64,000 nucleotides of DNA from assembly GCA_964428315.1 (NCBI GenBank), contig CAYRXT010000002.1, forward strand, positions 6,859 to 70,858. Reading direction: 5' to 3'. The translations under genes and the position numbers were made by a program. Origin of the DNA: an uncultured Planctomycetales bacterium. Its GTDB lineage: Bacteria; Omnitrophota; Gorgyraeia; Zapsychrales; CAYRXT01. Below, in pieces: positions 57,900 through 64,000 of the stretch (position 1 is its first letter; every line of letters begins with the position of its first letter). The notes under the pieces were generated by a model. The model searched no databases. It saw nothing but the letters and a program-made list of their open reading frames with translations, and had not been told where the DNA came from.

Positions 57900-58864
57900 G
57901 CGCGCAAACACCGAAAAGTGAACGCCGGGTCTTGGATTGTTTCCGGGCCTTTGTCCGCAGCGGCCGGCTGGCCCACGCGTATCTCTTTGTGGGTCCGCCG
58001 GGCACCGGAAAGATGGCCGCCGCTCTGGCCGTGGCCAAGATGGTCAATTGTGATGAGACGGGGGGCGAAGGGTATTGCGGGAAGTGTCCGTCCTGCCGGA
58101 AGATCGAGAAGGGCGGACATCCGGACGTCCATGTGATCGCCGACGAAGAGGCCGCTTCCATCAAGATCGAGCGGGTGCGCGCGGTCAATGCCGTGGTCCA
58201 GTTGAAGGCCTATGAGGCCCGCACCAAGACGGTCATTGTCAAGGATATCGACAAGCTGACCCCCGAGGCGGCCAATGCCTTTTTGAAAACGCTGGAAGAA
58301 CCGGCCGCGGATACGCTTTTTTTGCTGACGACCTCTTCGCTTGCCAAGAATCTGGAAACCATCTGTTCGCGCTGTCAGATCATGCGCTTCCCTCCGCTGG
58401 TCCCCAACGAGATCAGGGAGCGCCTGCTTTCAAAGGACCCCGGAGAAGGACAAGCGGCCCGCTTTCTTTCCCGTTATTCCGAAGGTTGCTGGGGCGAGGC
58501 GCAGCGGCTGTCCCGGGCGAAATTCTTTAAGGAAAAAAACAGGATTATCGACGCCCTCGTCCTTGGGGGATGCGATGGGGCCGCTTTCAAAAAGCTCCTT
58601 TCGGACAAGGAGAAGGTCAAGTCCAGTCTCCAGGTCCTCTTGACGTGGTTCCGGGATGTTATACTTGTTAAGGCCGACACTGGCGAAAAACATCTTGTCC
58701 ACGGCGACCGGCTCCAGGATTTGAAGGGGGAGGCCGGCCGATTTTCCTTCAGCGAGCTTTACCAGCTGATCGCGGATATCGTCGAGACTAAAAAGATGCT
58801 GGATGAGAATTTGAACGTCAAATTGCCGATGACATTGCTTAAAGACAGGATGCACCGGCTCTGA
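57887..58864 (+). CDS. holB: DNA polymerase III delta-prime subunit
   Basis: 'AHAYLFVGPPGTGK' and Zn module 'CGKCPSCRK'. Start overlaps the tmk stop. The ORF-track extension from 57722 is rejected. Confidence 0.8.
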   Translation: MEVLSAQTPKSERRVLDCFRAFVRSGRLAHAYLFVGPPGTGKMAAALAVAKMVNCDETGGEGYCGKCPSCRKIEKGGHPDVHVIADEEAASIKIERVRAVNAVVQLKAYEARTKTVIVKDIDKLTPEAANAFLKTLEEPAADTLFLLTTSSLAKNLETICSRCQIMRFPPLVPNEIRERLLSKDPGEGQAARFLSRYSEGCWGEAQRLSRAKFFKEKNRIIDALVLGGCDGAAFKKLLSDKEKVKSSLQVLLTWFRDVILVKADTGEKHLVHGDRLQDLKGEAGRFSFSELYQLIADIVETKKMLDENLNVKLPMTLLKDRMHRL

Positions 58865-58927
58865 AGCGCGAAACGGGAACATACTGTCATTGGTCCCCTC
58901 GGGGAGAGAACATACAGGGAGTCCATT

Positions 58928-59722
58928 ATGCCCAAGGTCATTGAAGTCAAGCTGGGAGAGCACCGGCCGGTCCAGTATTTCCGCCTCCGGGAAGAGATCG
59001 CCTGCGACCGCGGCGACTGTGTCATCCTGAAGGTGGAACGGGGAACGGAATACGGTTACGTGGTCACCAACATGCAATCGTCCTGCCGGGAGAAACAAGA
59101 AGAGGCGGCAGGGGAAGTTGTGCGCCGGGCGCAGGAGGAGGACCGGAAGGCGATCGAGACCAACAGGCAGCGCGCCCAGGAGGCGATCGATACCTGTCTG
59201 AAGAAGGTCAATGAAAGAAAGCTGGACATGCAGATCGTGGACGCCGAGTACTCGTTTGACGGGAGCAAAGTTATCTTCTTTTTTACCGCCGAAGGACGCA
59301 TTGATTTCCGCGCCCTCGTTAAAGACCTGGCGAGAATCTTTAAGATCCGCATCGAGCTCAAACAGATCGGCGTGCGCGACAAGGCCAAGATTGTGGGCGG
59401 ATTCGGCGTCTGCGGACGCGCATTGTGCTGTTCTTCGTACATGAAGGGCTTCCATCCTCTTTCCATCAAGATGCCGAAAGAGCAGAACCTGCCGCTCAAT
59501 CCTTCGCGTATTTCCGGCATATGCGGCCGCATCAAGTGCTGCATGGCCTATGAATTCCAGGTCTATAAACAATACGCCAAAAATCTTCCGCGGACGGGTG
59601 ACCGCGTCACGACCCCGCAGGGGGCGGGGCGGGTCTTCGATGTCAATATCCTTTCGCGTTGCGTCCGCGTGGACCTCGGAGAAGGCAAAGTGACGAAGGT
59701 GACGTATGGCCGGGAAGAATAA
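58928..59722 (+). CDS. ricT: PSP1-domain protein RicT/YaaT
   Basis: PSP1 C-terminal domain and Cys cluster 'CGRALCCSSYM...CGRIKCC'. Confidence 0.7.
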   Translation: MPKVIEVKLGEHRPVQYFRLREEIACDRGDCVILKVERGTEYGYVVTNMQSSCREKQEEAAGEVVRRAQEEDRKAIETNRQRAQEAIDTCLKKVNERKLDMQIVDAEYSFDGSKVIFFFTAEGRIDFRALVKDLARIFKIRIELKQIGVRDKAKIVGGFGVCGRALCCSSYMKGFHPLSIKMPKEQNLPLNPSRISGICGRIKCCMAYEFQVYKQYAKNLPRTGDRVTTPQGAGRVFDVNILSRCVRVDLGEGKVTKVTYGREE

Positions 59723-61220
59723 GACCTTTTATGTGACCACGCCGATTTATTATGTGAACGATAAACCGCATATCGGCCACGCCTATACGACGATCCTCGC
59801 GGATGTGCTCGCGCGGTATCACCGCACCGCCGGCGAGGAGGTCTTTTTCCTGACGGGCCTGGACGAACACGGCCAGAAGGTCCAGCAGGCCGCCGAAAAA
59901 AGGGGTTTAAAACCCCAGGCGCACTGCGACGAACTGGCGCCGAGATTTATTCAGCTCTGGGAAAGACTGCATATCCGCTGCGACGATTTTATCCGGACCA
60001 CCCAAAAGCGTCATTGGGAGGTTGTGCAGGCAGCCCTGCAGGCGGTCTATGACAAGGGTGATGTCTACGCCGACGAATATGAAGGTTGGTATTCTGTCGC
60101 GGAAGAGCGTTTCATAACCGAGACGGAGAAACAGTCGGGCCTTTTCCGTGACCTGAAAAAACTCAAAGAGCGGAACTGGTTTTTCAGGATGGGCAAATAC
60201 CGGCAGCAGCTCATTGCCTATATCGGCGAAAACCCGGATTTTATCCAGCCGGAACACCGGCGCAACGAGATCATGGGCTTCTTGCGTCAGCCTTTGGGTG
60301 ATCTGTGCATCTCCCGGCCCAAATCGCGCATGGGCTGGGGGATCGAACTGCCGTTCGACAAGGACTATGTGACCTATGTGTGGTTCGACGCCCTGCTCAA
60401 TTACGTGACGGCCCCGGGGTATCTTTCCGATGATGCGAAATTCCGCAAATGGTGGCCGGCCGACGTTCACCTTATCGGAAAGGATATCCTGATGACTCAC
60501 GCGGTGTACTGGCCGACCATGCTCTTTTCGCTGGGCCTGCCCCTGCCGCGCACTATTTTCGCCCACGGCTGGTGGCTTACGGGCGAGACGAAGATGAGCA
60601 AGTCCCTGGGCAATATTGTTAATCCCCTGGAGCTGATCAACCTCTACGATGAGGACGCGGTCCGTTACTATCTTATGCGGGAGATGGTCCTGGGCCAGGA
60701 CGCCAATTTTACCATGGAATCGTTTATCAAGCGTTTCAACAGCGACCTGGCCAACGATTTCGGCAACCTGCTTAACCGGGTCAGCGGTCTGATCGGGAAA
60801 TACTTCGAGGCCAGCATTCCGGAGCCCGGGGGGGATACGCCGGGGGAGACGAAGATCAAAGAGGAGGCAGAGGCCTTGCCGGCTAAGGTCGAGGGCCTTG
60901 TCAACCGGCACCACATCAACGATGCGATTGAAGAGACGATGCGGCTGGTCCGGATGGTCAACAAGTACATGGAATCCCAGGCCCCCTGGAAGGTCGTCAA
61001 AACCGATCATCCCGCGGCCGGGCGTATTCTGTATACCGCGACAGAGGCCCTGCGTCTCGCCTCCGTGCTCTTGCACCCCGTCATGCCGCGCAAGACCGAA
61101 ACGGTCCTGGACATCCTTGGGGCAAAAGGCTCAGGACTGGGTTGGGGGGAACTGAAGCCCGGCACAAAGCTTAAAACCCATCAGGCGATATTCCCGCGCC
61201 TGGAAACAAACAAGACATAA
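59706..61220 (+). CDS. metG: Methionyl-tRNA synthetase (short form, no C-terminal tRNA-binding domain)
   Basis: 'TTPIYYVNDKPHIGHAYT' (HIGH) and 'KMSKSLGN'. Confidence 0.9.
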   Translation: MAGKNKTFYVTTPIYYVNDKPHIGHAYTTILADVLARYHRTAGEEVFFLTGLDEHGQKVQQAAEKRGLKPQAHCDELAPRFIQLWERLHIRCDDFIRTTQKRHWEVVQAALQAVYDKGDVYADEYEGWYSVAEERFITETEKQSGLFRDLKKLKERNWFFRMGKYRQQLIAYIGENPDFIQPEHRRNEIMGFLRQPLGDLCISRPKSRMGWGIELPFDKDYVTYVWFDALLNYVTAPGYLSDDAKFRKWWPADVHLIGKDILMTHAVYWPTMLFSLGLPLPRTIFAHGWWLTGETKMSKSLGNIVNPLELINLYDEDAVRYYLMREMVLGQDANFTMESFIKRFNSDLANDFGNLLNRVSGLIGKYFEASIPEPGGDTPGETKIKEEAEALPAKVEGLVNRHHINDAIEETMRLVRMVNKYMESQAPWKVVKTDHPAAGRILYTATEALRLASVLLHPVMPRKTETVLDILGAKGSGLGWGELKPGTKLKTHQAIFPRLETNKT

Positions 61221-61243
61221 ACCCCGCAATCCCTTGTTCGACT

Positions 61244-62284
61244 ATGGCCGTAAAGACCATAACATGGACAGGACACAGCGTCAGGATCATCGACCAACGA
61301 AGACTGCCCGGGCGCCTGGTTTACATTCATTGCCGTGATATGGCCACCCTCTGGCGGGCGATAAAGAACCTGAGTGTCCGCGGCGCTCCGGCGCTGGGGG
61401 CCGCGGCGGCCTTTGGTGTCCTGCTTTCTTCCCACAAGTCCGTTGCCAGGGACCGTGGGACATTCACAAAGGATATCGAGAAGGCCTGCCGGTACCTGGC
61501 AACGGCCCGTCCGACGGCGGTCAACCTCTTCCACGCCCTTAAGAGGATGTCCCGTGTTTTAAGCCGATATCCCCACGCGGAAGTTGAAGAGCTTAAAAAG
61601 TTCATAAAAAAGGAGGCCTTGGCGGTCTATGAGGAGGACCGGAAAACCTGCCGGGCGATCGGTCGAAACGGGGCCGCGCTCATCAAAAAGGGGAGTCGAA
61701 TTTTGACAGTGTGCAATGCCGGGGCTCTGGCCACGGTGGATTTCGGGACGGCCCTCGGCGTTTTTTATTCGGCGAAAAGACAGAAGAAGACATTCAGGGT
61801 CTACGCCTGTGAATCCAGACCGCTTCTGCAGGGCGCGCGTCTGACGGTATGGGAACTTATGCGTGAACATATCCCCACGACCCTGATCTGTGATAACATG
61901 GCGGCGGCCCTCATGCGCCAGGAAAAGATCGATATGGTGATCACAGGCGCGGACCGCATCGCGGCTAATGGCGACACGGCCAATAAAATAGGAACGTATA
62001 ATCTTGCCGTGCTGGCGCGTTATCACGGGATCCCCTTTTACGTCGCGGCCCCCTTTTCGACGTTTGATCTGAAGATTAAGACCGGGAAGGCCATCCCGAT
62101 TGAACAAAGAAGTAAAGAAGAGGTTATCCGTTTCGCGGGCCGGACGACTACCGTCCCCGGGGTGGATGTCTGCAACCCGGCCTTTGATGTGACGAACGCG
62201 CGGCTTATTACCGGTTTTATAACGGAAAAGGCCATCATCAGGCCGCCATTCAGAAGCCATATCCGCAAGGCCGTCCAGCCATGA
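61244..62284 (+). CDS. mtnA: S-methyl-5-thioribose-1-phosphate isomerase / eIF-2B-like family
   Basis: 'RGAPALGAAAAFGV' and 'TGADRIAANGDTANKIGT'. Confidence 0.7.
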   Translation: MAVKTITWTGHSVRIIDQRRLPGRLVYIHCRDMATLWRAIKNLSVRGAPALGAAAAFGVLLSSHKSVARDRGTFTKDIEKACRYLATARPTAVNLFHALKRMSRVLSRYPHAEVEELKKFIKKEALAVYEEDRKTCRAIGRNGAALIKKGSRILTVCNAGALATVDFGTALGVFYSAKRQKKTFRVYACESRPLLQGARLTVWELMREHIPTTLICDNMAAALMRQEKIDMVITGADRIAANGDTANKIGTYNLAVLARYHGIPFYVAAPFSTFDLKIKTGKAIPIEQRSKEEVIRFAGRTTTVPGVDVCNPAFDVTNARLITGFITEKAIIRPPFRSHIRKAVQP

Positions 62285-63198
62285 CACCACCTGGAAGAGT
62301 TTCAAATACCAATAAAGAAGGCGACATGATCCGCGCCGTTGCCGCGATGGCCCGTCAGGACACGTGCGTTTTGGGTATCGGCGATGACGCGGCGGTCTTG
62401 AAACACCCTTCTTCCCGGGATTATCTGCTTTTCACGACGGATATGCTGGCGGAGGACGTGCATTTCCGGCGCGGTGACAGCCCGGACGCCGTCGGCCATA
62501 AGTCTCTGGCCTGTAACATTAGCGATATCGCGGCCATGGGAGGCCTTCCACAGGCCGCCGTCGTTTCTCTCGCCCTGCCCGGTGATGTCCGCAGGAACTA
62601 TGTCCGTGGTGTGTACCGGGGGATGAACCGCCTGGCGCGTCATTTTGGGGTGGACGTCTGCGGAGGCGACATTATCAGGAACGACAAGATCGTCATCAAC
62701 GTGGCCCTGATCGGGCGTGTGCGGCGGGAACGCTGGATCACGCGCGGCGGGGCATGCCCGGGTGATTTTTTGTTTGTCAGCGGCCCTTTGGGGGGGAGTG
62801 TCAAGACAGGAAGGCATTTGCGTTTCCTTCCCCGTGTCCATGAGGCCAGGTATCTTGCCCGCTATTACAGGCCTTCGGCGATGATTGATGTGTCCGACGG
62901 ATTAAGCACCGACCTCCATCATATCCTGGCCGCCAGCGGGTGCGGTGCCGTTGTCTATGAGACCTTGATCCCTCGCCGGGGCGGCGCGGCACTGCGTCAG
63001 GCCCTTAACGAGGGAGAGGATTACGAGCTGCTCTTTGCGCTGCCCCGGGACAAGGCCGAGAGAATTATGCGCAGGCGAAGACTGCCCGTCACAGTCTATT
63101 GCATCGGGCAGACGATTGCCCCTAAGGGGAAATGTCTTCTGGTCACAAAGGACAGGCGTGTGCGGCGCCTCAAGCCGGAGGGGTTCACCCACCTTTAA
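62281..63198 (+). CDS. thiL: Thiamine-monophosphate kinase
   Basis: 'LGIGDDAAVL' and AIR-synthase-related fold. The start may be the ATG at 62326. Confidence 0.8.
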   Translation: MTPPGRVSNTNKEGDMIRAVAAMARQDTCVLGIGDDAAVLKHPSSRDYLLFTTDMLAEDVHFRRGDSPDAVGHKSLACNISDIAAMGGLPQAAVVSLALPGDVRRNYVRGVYRGMNRLARHFGVDVCGGDIIRNDKIVINVALIGRVRRERWITRGGACPGDFLFVSGPLGGSVKTGRHLRFLPRVHEARYLARYYRPSAMIDVSDGLSTDLHHILAASGCGAVVYETLIPRRGGAALRQALNEGEDYELLFALPRDKAERIMRRRRLPVTVYCIGQTIAPKGKCLLVTKDRRVRRLKPEGFTHL

Positions 63199-63204
63199 TG
63201 CCCT

Positions 63205-63666
63205 ATGTCCCGCAGACAGCATCTCTCCCGCAACGAAGAAGAAACCATGAACCTGGCAGGACGGATGGCGGCCTTTCTCAAGGCGGGTGATATCCTGTGT
63301 CTTATCGGTGAACTGGGAAGCGGCAAGACGGTCTTTACAAAGGGTCTGGCCCGCGGACTGCGGATCGCGCCCCGCAAGGTCCATTCCCCGACGTTTATCC
63401 TGATGAACATGTATGAAGGCCTGATCCCCCTTTATCATTTCGACCTCTACCGATTGGATGAGGAAAATGAACTGGCCCTGATCGGTTATGAAGAATTTTT
63501 CTACGGTGAAGGCGTGGCCGTGATCGAATGGGCTGATAAACTTAAAAGCCTGAGGCCGAAAAGATTTCTGGAGGTGCGGATTCGGAGCAGGAAGGCACAA
63601 GAGAGGTTGTTCACGTTTGTCCCCCATGGAAAAAGATACAGGGAGCTCCTGGATGAAATCGGGTAA
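63205..63666 (+). CDS. tsaE: tRNA t6A biosynthesis ATPase TsaE (YjeE)
   Basis: 'LIGELGSGKTVFTKG' and 'HSPTFILMNMYEG...YHFDLYRL'. The start may be the ATG at 63247. Confidence 0.8.
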   Translation: MSRRQHLSRNEEETMNLAGRMAAFLKAGDILCLIGELGSGKTVFTKGLARGLRIAPRKVHSPTFILMNMYEGLIPLYHFDLYRLDEENELALIGYEEFFYGEGVAVIEWADKLKSLRPKRFLEVRIRSRKAQERLFTFVPHGKRYRELLDEIG

Positions 63667-64000
63667 AAGGCTTTTGTCTATCGAGTGTTCGAGCCACACC
63701 TTCAGCCTGGCCGTCACTGAAGGAGAGGAGACAGCCGCCTCACGGGAACTGGTTCTGAACAAGGTCCTGTCTTCGTCGATCATCCCGCAGATCGACAGGA
63801 TACTCGCAAGGTCGCGGTTCAGACTGCAGGATATGGACGCCCTCGCCGTCGGCCTGGGGCCGGGCTCCTTCACCAGTCTCCGTGTCGGTCTGGCCACGGC
63901 CAAGGGCCTGGCCCTGGCAACCAACAAGCCCGTCGTGGGGGTCGCGTCGCTTGACGTATTGGCCATGAACGCGGCGGCGGAGAAGAGAACCGTCTGCTGT
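63653..64000 (+). CDS. tsaB: tRNA t6A biosynthesis protein TsaB (YeaZ), 3' end outside window
   Basis: 'LLSIECSSHTFSLAV' and 'LAVGLGPGSFTSLRVGLATAKGLA'. Confidence 0.8.
   Translation, partial: MKSGKRLLSIECSSHTFSLAVTEGEETAASRELVLNKVLSSSIIPQIDRILARSRFRLQDMDALAVGLGPGSFTSLRVGLATAKGLALATNKPVVGVASLDVLAMNAAAEKRTVCC

Noticed and set aside
61244-62284. Calling the eIF-2B-like protein an archaeal/eukaryotic initiation-factor subunit.
   Set aside because: The bacterial members of this family are MtnA methylthioribose-1-phosphate isomerases, and the motifs fit MtnA.
1-64000. CRISPR arrays, rRNA genes and prophage or integrase genes.
   Set aside because: No direct-repeat/spacer periodicity, rRNA-like conserved stretches or phage/integrase motifs were seen anywhere in the window.

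Overview
This is a GC-rich (about 60%) bacterial chromosomal window that is almost entirely co-directional. About 75 genes lie on the + strand and only one (a PpiD/SurA-like chaperone, 22450-23937) on the - strand.

The content is mostly core housekeeping:
- Ribosomal proteins bS6, bS18, bL9 and bL25, a tRNA-Gln(UUG), and the aminoacyl-tRNA synthetases LysS, CysS and MetG.
- Replication and repair: SSB, DnaB, HolB, RadA, RmuC.
- Isoprenoid synthesis: IspD, IspE, IspF.
- Cofactor and nucleotide metabolism: PncB, HisG, Prs, GlmU, Tmk, ThiL.
- TsaE and TsaB.
- A complete outer-membrane/LPS block: BamA, Skp, LpxD, an LpxC-FabZ fusion, LpxA, LpxI, and LolC/E-LolD.

Gene order is strikingly Bacillus-like although the organism is clearly diderm:
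- mcsA-mcsB-clpC-(hyp)-radA-yacL-ispD-ispF-cysE-cysS
- tmk-holB-ricT-metG
- ispE-spoVG-tRNA-glmU-prs-ctc-pth
- rpsF-ssb-rpsR-rplI-dnaB

The less ordinary content is:
- A 5'-truncated hybrid histidine kinase, an Hpt protein and a membrane coiled-coil protein, separated by a hairpin-rich spacer.
- An Endo III-related gene bracketed by two inverted copies of a 19-bp palindromic element, one of which overwrites the gene's C-terminus.
- A tri-domain AMP-ligase/ACP/PlsC-acyltransferase fusion.
- An orphan GspE/PilB-type ATPase in a tight operon with a cyclophilin-like DUF3830 protein, RmuC, a small membrane protein and PgeF.
- A SpoVG homolog carrying an inserted zinc ribbon.
- A 33-codon bS22/mS38-like basic micro-gene broken by an A8 homopolymer.
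- Several textbook sigma70 promoters sitting in AT-rich islands, one implying a leaderless bamA mRNA.

No CRISPR array, transposase or integrase gene was seen.

The supplied ORF track appears to accept TTG/GTG starts and to draw many antisense shadow ORFs. Start coordinates were adjusted where homology made a different start more plausible.
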